IMG/VR virus record: IMGVR_UViG_2529292906_000018
DNA from: a virus
Taxonomy: Duplodnaviria > Heunggongvirae > Uroviricota > Caudoviricetes
Strand: one strand, 5' to 3'
Length of the DNA stretch: 36,198 bases
Shown: positions 25,754 to 35,510 of the stretch, piece after piece
Layout of the letters: every line of letters begins with the position of its first letter
How positions within the stretch are numbered: position 1 is the first letter of the stretch
Notes under the pieces: model-generated
The model's database searches: none
Told to the model about the DNA's origin: nothing
Seen by the model: the letters and a program-made list of their open reading frames with translations, nothing else
Translations under genes and position numbers: made by a program

Positions 25754-28570
25754 TCAATCTTTATCGTAAAAACTGCCACGCCCGGCACGGGCGCGCCGTT
25801 CCATTTCTGCCCTGACCATTTCACCGACCAGTTTCGCCAGTTCGCGGGGATTCTGCGTAACAACGTTATGCAGATGAACATGAATTTCACCACCAAATCC
25901 GGAGGCAACAGGCTCCCGGTTACGGGAAGTTACAGGAACTGATGCCACTGGAGATCGTATGGCCTCCGCCACCGGGTGGGAGCTGGCCGCAACAACAGGG
26001 ACCAGCGCCGGAGGCAGCGGAGCCGGGACCACGGGGGTGATATTAATTGCGGGGGCAGGCTTACTGACCTGTGCAATCTTCCGCTCCTGCCACTCCCCAC
26101 GAACAGCAAGTGCGCGGGGCAAGTTCTTAAAGACAATATCGCCGGGGCCAATGCGTTTTTTCGTCTCATCAACCAGCTTACCTGTGTTATCAGCAATTTT
26201 GCTGAGTCTGCGTAGCGTCCCAGTATTGCTGTCTGTGAGCGGTTTGTTGTCTTTGGGTTTATCACCTCCGGTGCCATTGCCATTTTCCACAGGCTTCGGC
26301 GGATTGATTTTCGCCAGGTCCCCCTGAAGTAAGGCAACCTTGTCCTGAAGAATGGCCGCACGCTGTGCGTCTTCGATTTTCTTGCGCGCCCTTTCCGCTT
26401 CATCCGGAAGGACGCCAAGTTTTTCAAGTATCCACGCCAGCGTATCCAGTAGCATTTTTGCAGGTGTCAGAACAAGTTGTAACGCACCGCCAAGAACGTT
26501 ACCGAATACCTCGCCAGCACTGGTACATTTATCCAGCGTTTCCTTGCTGGACTCCATCGGTGACAACAGCGATTTAAACCAGTTAAACACCTGGCTGATC
26601 CCGCTTCCGATTGCGTCAAAAACAGGACCAAACCGTTCAAAGGTTTCGCGCAACGGGGTCAGCCTTTCCATAATCCCGCTGAACACCCCGGCAAAAAATG
26701 CCCTGATGGGATCCCAGTATTTCCAGATGAGAACGGCAGCTCCGGCAAGCGCAGCCACGATAAGACCGACCGGACTGAACAACGCCCCGATAGCGCCCCC
26801 CAGTAACGAAACGGAACCCGTCACCATTCCCCATAGTGCTGGCAGAACCCTGACAGCATTCATTGATCCGGTCAGGAGGGAAAAACCAAGACGCAGTTTT
26901 GCCAGCGGACCAGCAAGCACACCAATAGCCAGCGACAACGAGCCAACCGTTGCAGTCATTGCCAGCAGTGCACCGCCTGCAATCAGTAGCTGGCGCGTCA
27001 GTGCGGGATGGGCCTGCGCCAGCGCCGTCACCTTTGATACCACACGCGTGAGCCACTGCGTGACAGAACGCAGCGGACCGTCAATCAGATCTGCAATGCG
27101 GATGCGCAACCCTTCCCATGCACTGCTGAGTGATTTCAGATCGCCGTCAAGGTTGTTGGCCATAACCTTTGCCGTGCGTTCAGCCTCACCGCGCGCGCCT
27201 TCAAGTTCTTTTCTCAGTTTGGGTAAGGAGCCGTCACCTGCCGCATCAACGAGGGCCATAAATGATGTGAAAGCCTCTTCTCCGGCAATGTCCTTAAAGA
27301 ACGATACCCGGTCAACTTCCCCGTATTTGCGGGTAGCTTTATAAAGGTCAGCCAGCACATCCTCCATCGGGCGCATTTTGCCCCCGGCATCCGAGACAGA
27401 CACGCCAAGCTCTTTCAGCGCCTCTGCTGCCGCCTTTGGCGGTGATGCCAGACGAGCCAGGCTGGCACGCATTGCCGTACCAGCATCACTCCCCCTGATA
27501 CCCATATTCGCCAGCACGCCCGCCATCGCTGCGGCCTGCTCCAGCGATATTCCCAGCTTACCCGCCACCGGACCTGCATATTTCATGGTTTCACCCAGTG
27601 CGCGAAGGTCAGTGTTGGTACGGGTAAACGCTGCGGTGAGTGTGTCGCCGACCCGGTCCATCTGGTCAGCAGAAAGACCGAACTGCGTCAGAATATTTGA
27701 GCCAATATCCGCCGTCTCACCGAGGTCCATACCGCCAGCCGTTGCCATGCTCAGTACGCCAGGGAGCGCAGCCTGAATGGCCTGTGGTGTGAAGCCAGCC
27801 ATTGCAAGAAATGCCTGCCCACTGGCGGCATCGCCTGCGGTGAACTGCGTTTCAGAGCCAAGTTTTAACGCCTGCTCACGCAGCGCCTTAAACTGCGGGC
27901 TGTTTTTGTCGATTCGCGTCAGTGCCTGAACGCGGGACATCTCTTTCCCGAACCCGATCGCAGGCTGCAAAAAACGCCCGGCAGCATAGCCGCCCGCCGC
28001 TGCCGCACCAATTGCCAGCGCACCACCTGTTTTCAGTTTTCCCGCTGTTTCCTGCGCGCGCGAATACCGCTCACGCGCCCGCGTTACACGCGCAAGCGCC
28101 TGCCGTTCGCGTTCAAGCTGGTTGTTGTACTGTTCGGTGCGTCTGATGGCCTGCTGGATGGTGTTATCGCTGCCTGTCAGGGAAATGCCGTGGCGTTTCA
28201 GCTCTCCGCCAAGCTCCCGCATTTTCTGAATTTCCCGTGTGCGCGATTCATTCAGGCGTTCAAGCCGGGTGCTTAACTGCTGCATCAGCTTTTGTTGTTT
28301 TTCGCTGAGCACTGTACCCGTGCGTTGTAACTGATTAAGGGCGTTAAGCTGGCGTCGTGCTTTCACGATACCCGCATCCGCTTTACTGACAGCGTCGCGG
28401 GCGCGCTCAAATGAACGCGCCTGACGCTCGAGATTTTTGATCGCCCCCTGCGTTCGCTGGATGGAGTCACCAAACTGCCCCATCAGGCGGCGGGCGTTTT
28501 CGGCAGGCCGGGTCAGCCTGTCAACGGCGCTGAAAGCGACCCGGATGTCAAGAGTCTTCATTATCTGCAT
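25754..28570 (-). CDS. T: tail tape measure protein (P2 gpT-like)
   Basis: About 940 aa, Ala/Gly-rich coiled-coil protein with hydrophobic central region; start ambiguous (ATG 28570, ATG 28561 or GTG 28597). Confidence 0.85.
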   Translation of the reverse strand: MQIMKTLDIRVAFSAVDRLTRPAENARRLMGQFGDSIQRTQGAIKNLERQARSFERARDAVSKADAGIVKARRQLNALNQLQRTGTVLSEKQQKLMQQLSTRLERLNESRTREIQKMRELGGELKRHGISLTGSDNTIQQAIRRTEQYNNQLERERQALARVTRARERYSRAQETAGKLKTGGALAIGAAAAGGYAAGRFLQPAIGFGKEMSRVQALTRIDKNSPQFKALREQALKLGSETQFTAGDAASGQAFLAMAGFTPQAIQAALPGVLSMATAGGMDLGETADIGSNILTQFGLSADQMDRVGDTLTAAFTRTNTDLRALGETMKYAGPVAGKLGISLEQAAAMAGVLANMGIRGSDAGTAMRASLARLASPPKAAAEALKELGVSVSDAGGKMRPMEDVLADLYKATRKYGEVDRVSFFKDIAGEEAFTSFMALVDAAGDGSLPKLRKELEGARGEAERTAKVMANNLDGDLKSLSSAWEGLRIRIADLIDGPLRSVTQWLTRVVSKVTALAQAHPALTRQLLIAGGALLAMTATVGSLSLAIGVLAGPLAKLRLGFSLLTGSMNAVRVLPALWGMVTGSVSLLGGAIGALFSPVGLIVAALAGAAVLIWKYWDPIRAFFAGVFSGIMERLTPLRETFERFGPVFDAIGSGISQVFNWFKSLLSPMESSKETLDKCTSAGEVFGNVLGGALQLVLTPAKMLLDTLAWILEKLGVLPDEAERARKKIEDAQRAAILQDKVALLQGDLAKINPPKPVENGNGTGGDKPKDNKPLTDSNTGTLRRLSKIADNTGKLVDETKKRIGPGDIVFKNLPRALAVRGEWQERKIAQVSKPAPAINITPVVPAPLPPALVPVVAASSHPVAEAIRSPVASVPVTSRNREPVASGFGGEIHVHLHNVVTQNPRELAKLVGEMVRAEMERRARAGRGSFYDKD

Positions 28571-29086
28571 TCCCGCTGCGAAGTGCCGCCCGCTCACGCC
28601 AGCTAACCACTTCGCCGGGCGTCATCATGAAGATTTCGGCGGGCGACCAGTTAAAAATGGCGGCAATATCCGCCACCAGATCTTCGATGTGCTCAAAGCA
28701 CACCAGGGTGATTACGCTGCCGTCTCCTGCACGCTCTTCGCGCCAGAGTCTGGCTCGCTCATAAAATTTACAGCCACAGCGCACAACTGAATAAAATCGC
28801 GTGACGACATTTTTTTAATCATCACTTCATCCAGTCGTGGCGAGGTCACGCGAGGCAACAGCGTGAACATGGTATCCGCTTTCAGATTCAGCACATCAGA
28901 CAGCGACAGACCACGCAGGGATCCCGCCTGCTCAATAGCCCCGGTGATTTCCACATATGTGATTTTTTCGGCACCACGCTCAATTGGCCGGGAAAGTTTT
29001 ACACCACGTTCGACAGCCATATCCTCACCTGCCGTCACATCATCCGCTACGGTGTTATTCCGGGTTTCAGTATCGATGTCTTTCAT
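28548..29086 (-). CDS. E+E': E+E' fusion chaperone produced by programmed -1 translational frameshift
   Basis: The -1 frame opens immediately after a TAA embedded in an A7 run (plus 28810-28816) inside E and runs to 28548; second candidate slippery heptamer A_AAT_TTT at plus 28763-28769; this architecture is conserved in P2-type and lambda-type tails. Confidence 0.65.
28712..29086 (-). CDS. E: tail assembly chaperone E (P2 gpE-like)
   Basis: 124 aa ORF with AAGGAGA SD between the tube gene and the tape measure gene. Confidence 0.75.
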   Translation of the reverse strand: MKDIDTETRNNTVADDVTAGEDMAVERGVKLSRPIERGAEKITYVEITGAIEQAGSLRGLSLSDVLNLKADTMFTLLPRVTSPRLDEVMIKKMSSRDFIQLCAVAVNFMSEPDSGAKSVQETAA

Positions 29087-29141
29087 CAGTTGTCTCCTTT
29101 TCAGTCAGAGGCGACGCACTGCGTCGCCTGCATATTACTTA

Positions 29142-29654
29142 TCAGCCAAGCCCAAGCGCGGAGCGAATGCGGTCAGGCACAATGTCCTTGCCGTCCTTCC
29201 GGTAGATGTGGTTCAACAGGTCGATTTCCCACAGCGGGCGATCGTTAACACTCAGCTTGTAGTAGGTGTTTTTGACAGCGTATGTGTGTGATGTGGCCTC
29301 GCCCTGTTTGGCCTCCCCCATATCAATTTCCGTCACACGCCCACGCATCTCGATTTCATACAGATCGCTTTCTGCATCGGTGTAATATTCACCCGCAAAA
29401 CGCAGCAGCGTGCCGTCAATCGTGCCGCCATACTTAAGGAACAGTGCACGAACAGCTCCACCCATGACAAAGCTCGCATCAAGCGCGGAGTCGTCCAGAC
29501 CGAGATCAATACTTACCGCCCCCATCATGCCACCACCACGATAACTGTCGGTTTTGCGCGTCAGTTTGGGCGGCGTGACGGATGTCACTTTACCCACTTC
29601 GTTTTCACCATCCACAAACAACGTAAAAAAGCGAAGATGTTTTGGTACAGCCAT
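29142..29654 (-). CDS. FII: tail tube protein (P2 gpFII-like)
   Basis: 170 aa ORF immediately downstream of the sheath gene. Confidence 0.85.
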   Translation of the reverse strand: MAVPKHLRFFTLFVDGENEVGKVTSVTPPKLTRKTDSYRGGGMMGAVSIDLGLDDSALDASFVMGGAVRALFLKYGGTIDGTLLRFAGEYYTDAESDLYEIEMRGRVTEIDMGEAKQGEATSHTYAVKNTYYKLSVNDRPLWEIDLLNHIYRKDGKDIVPDRIRSALGLG

Positions 29655-30838
29655 CAGGCACCTCCCAGCACCGCAAATGCGGGACCAAAGAATTCATCAG
29701 TAAACGTCTGGTAAAGCTCCATGTCTTCCAGCGGGGGAACGGGCGTATATTTGTAGCGAATACGCACACGCCCCTGACGTAAATCCGTGGTGCCGTTATC
29801 CACCACGTCATACCAGCACTCCGCGCCAATCAGTTTCCCGGCAGTAACCAGCGAATCCAGTTTTGCCCTGATGGCGCTGATAACATCCTTCACGTTCGCA
29901 GGCGTCAGTGGACTGTCGATGGTTTCAAACTGCGCTTCCGCAATTGAATCAGCCAGCACCTGTGCGGTTCGGGTATACACCTCAAAGATGTAGGCGTTCG
30001 TTTCCGGTGTGCGGTTGCCCCAGAAGCGGAACCCGTTGCGACGAATAATGGTCGTGATTTCTTTGTTATTGAGGCTGTTGGCATCACTGTCTTCGGCCTG
30101 CAACGACCAGAACACATGCCTCGACATCCCCAGCACATTTTTAACCGGGACGTTGGACAGCGATTTGTGCCAGCCCTGCTCATGGTCAATGTACGCACGA
30201 AGGCCGCACGCATAAGCAGGCGCGGGGAACGTTTCGTTTTTGCCACCTTTCGGGTTGTAGGCGATGAAGTCAGGCCATAAGAGCATCACCTCACGTTCGT
30301 TGAATTTCTGGCGGTAGGTAATCGCCTCAGCCATCGTGTTACAACCATGACATGTGGCATACACAAACGCGCGCAGTTTACCCGCAATCACGCACAGGGA
30401 TTTTGTTACCGCCTCCGTGTCCAGCTCCGGCGCGGCCAGAATACGCGGACGGTATCCGATGCTTTCATCCTGCTCTGCAACAAGCAGCGCATACATCCCC
30501 GTATAGCTGCCATCATCCTCAGAACCACCGATAACCAGTTGATCCTGCGTCTTTCCGTCTTCTTCTTTGTGTTCAGCCACGCGAACGACGATCACCTTTG
30601 TGCTCACCTGGTCTGCGATGGCCTTAAGCGCACGATAAAGCGTCCCCGTTGACCCGCATTTTCCCAGCACGTCATTGACGCGGGTCAGCATTGTGGGCTT
30701 GTTCAGCGGGAACAGCTTCGCGTCCGCATCATCCGCCGTTGCCACGATACCGATAACGCTGGAATCAACATCGTTAATCGCTGTTACCAGGTCGGTATTT
30801 TCCGTAACACGGGCACCATGAAAACGAGTTTCACTCAT
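29654..30838 (-). CDS. FI: contractile tail sheath protein (P2 gpFI-like)
   Basis: 394 aa ORF (MSETRFHGARVTENTDLV...); AAGGGG SD. Confidence 0.9.
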   Translation of the reverse strand: MSETRFHGARVTENTDLVTAINDVDSSVIGIVATADDADAKLFPLNKPTMLTRVNDVLGKCGSTGTLYRALKAIADQVSTKVIVVRVAEHKEEDGKTQDQLVIGGSEDDGSYTGMYALLVAEQDESIGYRPRILAAPELDTEAVTKSLCVIAGKLRAFVYATCHGCNTMAEAITYRQKFNEREVMLLWPDFIAYNPKGGKNETFPAPAYACGLRAYIDHEQGWHKSLSNVPVKNVLGMSRHVFWSLQAEDSDANSLNNKEITTIIRRNGFRFWGNRTPETNAYIFEVYTRTAQVLADSIAEAQFETIDSPLTPANVKDVISAIRAKLDSLVTAGKLIGAECWYDVVDNGTTDLRQGRVRIRYKYTPVPPLEDMELYQTFTDEFFGPAFAVLGGA

Positions 30839-30995
30839 AGCTTCAGCCCCTTGTATCCGTTAAATGATTCGGCAACAATCATCACCCACCACGCGCGTAA
30901 TCTCACCCCTGCGCCATTCTCCCGCCACGGCGACAACAAAAAGCAGTAACCCCCTCCGCACGCACATGCGACCATGCCATACAGGGAGGGAACAG
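30839..30995. promoter_or_regulatory. divergent promoter region between FI (minus) and D (plus)
   Basis: 157-bp gap between divergent starts; promoter elements not resolved by eye. Confidence 0.3.
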
Positions 30996-31736
30996 ATGAC
31001 CGACACCACCATGCAATTGCTCAGTCAGGGCACAGACCCCGTGAAAATGCCGGATTTTGATATTCTCGCGGAGGGTAAAACGCTGTCAGGCATGGCAGAG
31101 CGCCTGATGAGCCTGTCACTGACCGACAACCGGGGATTTGAGGCGGACCAGCTCACCATCACGCTGGATGATGCGGATGGTCAGTTGCAGCTACCGCCAC
31201 GGGGCGCGCGCCTGACGGTTCTCATTGGCTGGAAAGGAGAACCGCTGACAGAAAAAGGCACTTACATTGTTGATGAAATTGCTCATGAAGGACCGCCCGA
31301 CAGACTGACCATTTCAGCCAGAAGCGCAGATTTTCGGGATGAATTTAACGTCAAGCGCGAAGTATCTTGGCATGATGTGACCGTTGAACGCGTGGTGTCT
31401 GCAATTGCTCACCGATACGGCCTGAAACCGCAAATCAGCGAAATGCTGATGGATATTGAAATCGACCACGCTGACCAGACCGAAGAAAGCGACATGTCCT
31501 TCCTTACGCGCATGGCGGAAATGCTGGGCGCAATCACCACGGTAAAAAGCGGCAATCTGTTATTCATCATGCCAGGTGGTGGCGTGAACGCACAGGGGCA
31601 GCCGTTGCCCTCGTTCGCCATTACACGCAGCAGCGGCGATCGCCATCAGTTCCGCATTGCTGACCGCGAGGCGTATACGGGGGTACGCGCCTACTGGCTT
31701 GATCTTAATTACGGGAAAAAGAAAAAGTCAGCGTGA
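30996..31736 (+). CDS. D: tail protein D (late control gene D family), N-terminal ORF
   Basis: ATG 30996 after GGGAGGG; gpD-family pattern (...SLTDNRGFEADQL...FLTRMAEMLGA...FRIADREAYTGVRAYW); ends inside a Lys-rich AAAAAGAAAAAG tract. Confidence 0.8.
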   Translation: MTDTTMQLLSQGTDPVKMPDFDILAEGKTLSGMAERLMSLSLTDNRGFEADQLTITLDDADGQLQLPPRGARLTVLIGWKGEPLTEKGTYIVDEIAHEGPPDRLTISARSADFRDEFNVKREVSWHDVTVERVVSAIAHRYGLKPQISEMLMDIEIDHADQTEESDMSFLTRMAEMLGAITTVKSGNLLFIMPGGGVNAQGQPLPSFAITRSSGDRHQFRIADREAYTGVRAYWLDLNYGKKKKSA

Positions 31737-32104
31737 AACGCCGCAAACCGCCAAAACCCAAAAAGGAGAAAAGCAGCAGTCGGGAAGGCGACTATATGGA
31801 AGGTGCGGAAGGCAACGTGTTTGTGTTACGCAAGACTTATCAGAACGAGCAGGCAGCAAGACGCGCAGCGGCGGCAAAGTGGCAGCAGCTACAACGCGGA
31901 GCCGCATCATTCTCCATCACGCTGGCGCGTGGTCGTGCAGAACTCTATCCCGAAATGCATGGCACAGTGACAGGCTTTAAAAGCGAGATTGATTATCAGG
32001 ACTGGATTATTGCAAAAGCCGAGCACACCATTGATAACAGCGGCTTTACCACGCAGCTTGAACTTGAAGCAAAAATCCCGGAATGGATAGCAGAAACAGA
32101 ATAA
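31733..32104 (+). CDS. D: tail protein D, C-terminal segment in -1 frame
   Basis: EGDYMEGAEGNV...AAAKWQQLQRGAASFSITLARGRAELYPE...GFKSEIDYQDW...SGFTTQLELE matches the gpD C-terminal domain as recalled; frame is open back to 31709; joins the N-terminal ORF if the A5 run at 31716-31720 or 31722-31726 is A6. Confidence 0.7.
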   Translation: MKRRKPPKPKKEKSSSREGDYMEGAEGNVFVLRKTYQNEQAARRAAAAKWQQLQRGAASFSITLARGRAELYPEMHGTVTGFKSEIDYQDWIIAKAEHTIDNSGFTTQLELEAKIPEWIAETE

Positions 32105-32256
32105 ATCTCTTAAAAATATTATTTTTGAGATGTGCTTCTACACTGACAGTAAGAACAAAAGATAATGTATCAGCCCACTAGATGTCAGAGGTTGGGGCAT
32201 CAACCAGATGCTAACAATAATACGGATGTTTTTCCCACATGACAGAGGAAGTCAAG

Positions 32257-32262
32257 TATAAT
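32257..32262 (+). promoter_or_regulatory. candidate -10 element (TATAAT) for the island operon
   Basis: tataat at 32257-32262, about 90 bp upstream of ATG 32353; no good -35 found. Confidence 0.25.
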
Positions 32263-32352
32263 CTTCACAGTCCATCCCGTCCAAGGGAATATGACTCAAT
32301 AGTAAAAGTTCCAGTTTAGTTAGTAGACCCACACTTTATAGAAGAGTAATTC

Positions 32353-33300
32353 ATGATTGGACAATTTTTAAGTGCAACAGAGATTTTAGCAAAGAACTAT
32401 GTTCGTAATAAAATGGTTAAAAATCCATTTTATTCGAATTTAAAATGGAATTTTATTGAAAAAAACATCATAAGATTAACATCCTCACCGGTTAAATCAG
32501 TACTTTGCATATCAGCTTTTTCATTTGTACTACTTTATGTTGGATATTTAAACGAATTATTTATAAAAAATAATCTTTTACATTATTTCCCGTTTAGGCA
32601 TTCATTAACCGAATGGCAAACAACCATTTTAAGTGGCCAATTGACAATTATTGGTATTGTATACCCCCTTGTTATAGGTTTAGTAAGTGTCTTATTCCAA
32701 AAAAAGGCAGATAGAAAAATAGCCCAAACTGCTTATCAGCGTTACTCAGGATTCATGCTTGCTGGACTCAGCGGGCTTTTCTTATCAGGATTTATACTTC
32801 TCAGTGTACTAATTAAAACTGTCTTTGGAAGTTATCTTTATGGTATAGCTTGTCTAATCAGCATATTATGGCTTTTGATAAACATAGTTCTTTCTATTTG
32901 GTTCTTTATCGTGAGTCTTGAAATTCTTGATGATGTAAAACGGCAAATAATTATAAAGCGATACATTGCCTTCGAAATAGTAATGCCCCATATTTGTAAC
33001 AAAATCTCAGCCAAGCTTAGGTTATACCCTATCTATCAAAAACATAACTATTCAAATTTAGAAATCAAGCAAGCCGATTACAAAGGAGAATACATATCTG
33101 TGGCTAGCGGTTATTCTAAGGAAGATGAGTTAAGTTTATATCACCGTCCTTTTCAACTTACTCTTAATCTTATTAATTGCCAACTAAAAAGAAGAATCAT
33201 TTTGCGTCATTTGTCATTGGTGATAATCGTGCAAAAGAAACAGAATCCACGGGTAAGATACTTTTTAGCGTTAAAAATATCAAACCAGACAGCTTATTAA
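32353..33300 (+). CDS. hypothetical polytopic membrane protein (about 4 TM helices), AT-rich island gene 1
   Basis: 315 aa ORF; hydrophobic stretches VLCISAFSFVLLYVGYL, LTIIGIVYPLVIGLVSVLF, FMLAGLSGLFLSGFILLSVLI, LYGIACLISILWLLINIVLSIWFFIVSL; very AT-rich codon usage. Confidence 0.55.
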   Translation: MIGQFLSATEILAKNYVRNKMVKNPFYSNLKWNFIEKNIIRLTSSPVKSVLCISAFSFVLLYVGYLNELFIKNNLLHYFPFRHSLTEWQTTILSGQLTIIGIVYPLVIGLVSVLFQKKADRKIAQTAYQRYSGFMLAGLSGLFLSGFILLSVLIKTVFGSYLYGIACLISILWLLINIVLSIWFFIVSLEILDDVKRQIIIKRYIAFEIVMPHICNKISAKLRLYPIYQKHNYSNLEIKQADYKGEYISVASGYSKEDELSLYHRPFQLTLNLINCQLKRRIILRHLSLVIIVQKKQNPRVRYFLALKISNQTAY

Positions 33301-35471
33301 TAAAAATACTTAAGCAATGTTTTTATAGGGCTCCGATTAAAGGAGGAGATTTTTCCGTAAGTCTTACAATGCAGGCTATAACAGCAGATACGTATATGTA
33401 TCTGCGGGATTCTGATCTCATTAGTTTTGACGATGCTATCTCTGCATTAATTAATAACTTTAATAATCTCTGCGATTTGTATTTTTTTCAAGATGATAAT
33501 ACCAACAATAACTTCTTACTGATCACTACAGAATTATTTGAACGGAGTTTTCAATATGAGTTTTCAGATGAAGTTTATAAAATATCAAATAATTCCATGG
33601 ATAAAATTAATCTTTCTGAAAGATTTTTTGAATTATGTCTTTGGAGCGGAGTGCGTATTATCAATAATAGAAAACATCTTATCAGCAATGAACTTTGTAT
33701 CTATATGGGAATTACTCGTTCACAATGGTCAATATTAACAGAATGGTTCCGAAACAACCAATCACTCTTAAATGCCTCGCTTCGTTCACGTTATAATCGT
33801 ATATTAAGAACCTATACCACTGTTTGGGAGCAATATCAAGAAAGCATAAACTTTCGTTTCTGCAATACAGAGAATTCAGATTTATTTGAATTATTTTGCA
33901 AAACGCAACTACAAGAACTTCCATCGATGATTATTGATGCAACACAGACTCGCGATCCTTCTACTATTGATACAGCCGTCGATCTTATTAACCGATGGCA
34001 GCACTCAATGAATATTGACAGCCATTCGGTAGAAAAATACAGTTACAAAGGCCAGCTTTTTAACCCGGGTTTTTTCATATCCAAAAAACTAAACTTCAAT
34101 TCAGACAGAGAGTGGTTCAATATTGCCATCATAAATGCGTTGACTGACATGCGTATATGCACATGTCTTTATCTGACATCAAGAATCAATACTTCTGACA
34201 AACTAATGACACATTACATTAAACTTATTTTAGAGGGTAAACTTATTGACCAAACCGGTGGATATGAAACTCCCACTGAAGAAATTGATAATGCAAGCCA
34301 ACTAATCAAGATATTAATTAGAATCTGCCTGTGGACATGGTCTGAAAATATGGAGCATAATGGGTGGATGAATAGTTTAGCAAGGCGTTTACGTGACTAT
34401 GATAAAACAGACATGGTGATGGGCAGAGTTTACAGTAATGTTTTTGACTGTGGATTTATTGATATGGAACAATCATGGGTTCAGCTATTATTAATTTTTT
34501 CTAACAAGAACGATAGCGTATCAAAAGAAATAAAAGAAGCAATAGAAAACAACTATATAACATATCGTGAGAAGCAACGACTCATTGGAGTATTATCAAA
34601 AATTTGTAACTCCATCGAATACACTAAAATCAAGCTGACTTTAACATTGGACGATCTCCAAACAAAAAAAGAAAACTTAAGAAAGTTGCTTCAAGAGCAT
34701 ATTAACATGCTAAAGAAAGATCTTGATATGAGACTTCAGGATGCTGCCATAGATGTACATCGACTAGATAGCACTGCACGTAAAACATCAGAACATCTTC
34801 GTAAACGCATCAAGAAAACGCTCCCTCTTTCACTTTTCAAATCTATTGATTTTAAGCAGGCTAGCGATTGTTTCACAAAACATAAGATATCTATTAAGAT
34901 AGATAAAGAACCGTATGCCGAAGGAATAGAATCCATCCCTTATATCAATGAAGGTGATATTCAAGCAGACTTAATTCTCAAGGACATCCAGAGAATAATA
35001 CTTTCAAATTTATTTAGCACTGGCTGTTCGCAACATACCGTAATAGAAGATTTCAATATGTTGATTGATCACATAAAATCATCTGCTGACTTGGCTGGCA
35101 AACTGGTTCTTGTGATGAGTAAAGAGATCTTTCAGCAATATAATCGTATGCTTTTCGATAATCCCAACCTCAGAGAACTAATGAGAAAAAATGATGATGG
35201 CTCTATGAACATAACTACTGAATCCGGTACCTGTAAGGTTTACTTCTTACCATTTGTTAATCAACCATTTTCTCTTGTGGTAAAGGATAACTACTTCACT
35301 AAATTAATTATTAGAGAATATGATAATAATAAGTTAGTAAATGTCACTTCAGAGAATATCAAAAGTGACTCAGATAAATTCAAGCTAACTCTTAACTATG
35401 AGTTGAATATAGTATTTGAAGGAAACGCTGATTTAAAAATAGCTCACTCGCAAAGAGTGACATCAGAATAA
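33177..35471 (+). CDS. hypothetical large protein (about 760 aa), AT-rich island gene 2; probably continuous with gene 1
   Basis: Long ORF overlapping gene 1 by 124 nt in the -1 frame; listed start is TTG with no SD; reading the A5 run at 33186-33190 as A6 fuses the two into about 1040 aa; no recognisable catalytic motif. Confidence 0.55.
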   Translation: MPTKKKNHFASFVIGDNRAKETESTGKILFSVKNIKPDSLLIKILKQCFYRAPIKGGDFSVSLTMQAITADTYMYLRDSDLISFDDAISALINNFNNLCDLYFFQDDNTNNNFLLITTELFERSFQYEFSDEVYKISNNSMDKINLSERFFELCLWSGVRIINNRKHLISNELCIYMGITRSQWSILTEWFRNNQSLLNASLRSRYNRILRTYTTVWEQYQESINFRFCNTENSDLFELFCKTQLQELPSMIIDATQTRDPSTIDTAVDLINRWQHSMNIDSHSVEKYSYKGQLFNPGFFISKKLNFNSDREWFNIAIINALTDMRICTCLYLTSRINTSDKLMTHYIKLILEGKLIDQTGGYETPTEEIDNASQLIKILIRICLWTWSENMEHNGWMNSLARRLRDYDKTDMVMGRVYSNVFDCGFIDMEQSWVQLLLIFSNKNDSVSKEIKEAIENNYITYREKQRLIGVLSKICNSIEYTKIKLTLTLDDLQTKKENLRKLLQEHINMLKKDLDMRLQDAAIDVHRLDSTARKTSEHLRKRIKKTLPLSLFKSIDFKQASDCFTKHKISIKIDKEPYAEGIESIPYINEGDIQADLILKDIQRIILSNLFSTGCSQHTVIEDFNMLIDHIKSSADLAGKLVLVMSKEIFQQYNRMLFDNPNLRELMRKNDDGSMNITTESGTCKVYFLPFVNQPFSLVVKDNYFTKLIIREYDNNKLVNVTSENIKSDSDKFKLTLNYELNIVFEGNADLKIAHSQRVTSE

Positions 35472-35479
35472 TATCTTTG

Positions 35480-35510
35480 ACGGCGCTCCTTAGAGTGCCG
35501 TTCGTTTATT
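35480..35510 (+). terminator. putative terminator after the island ORF
   Basis: ACGGCGCTC-ctta-GAGTGCCGT hairpin (one mismatch) followed by tcgTTTaTT. Confidence 0.45.

Noticed and set aside
25930-27776. ORFs of 122-330 aa in plus frames and an alternative minus frame within the tape measure gene
   Set aside because: Lie inside the long, coherent tape-measure ORF; Ser/Ala/Pro-rich artefactual translations.
30839-30995. Degenerate crossover-like sequence TTCTCCCGCCACGGCGACAACAAAAA at the FI/D junction as evidence for invertase-mediated inversion
   Set aside because: It shares only the first six bases with the cassette sites; insufficient to call a recombination site.
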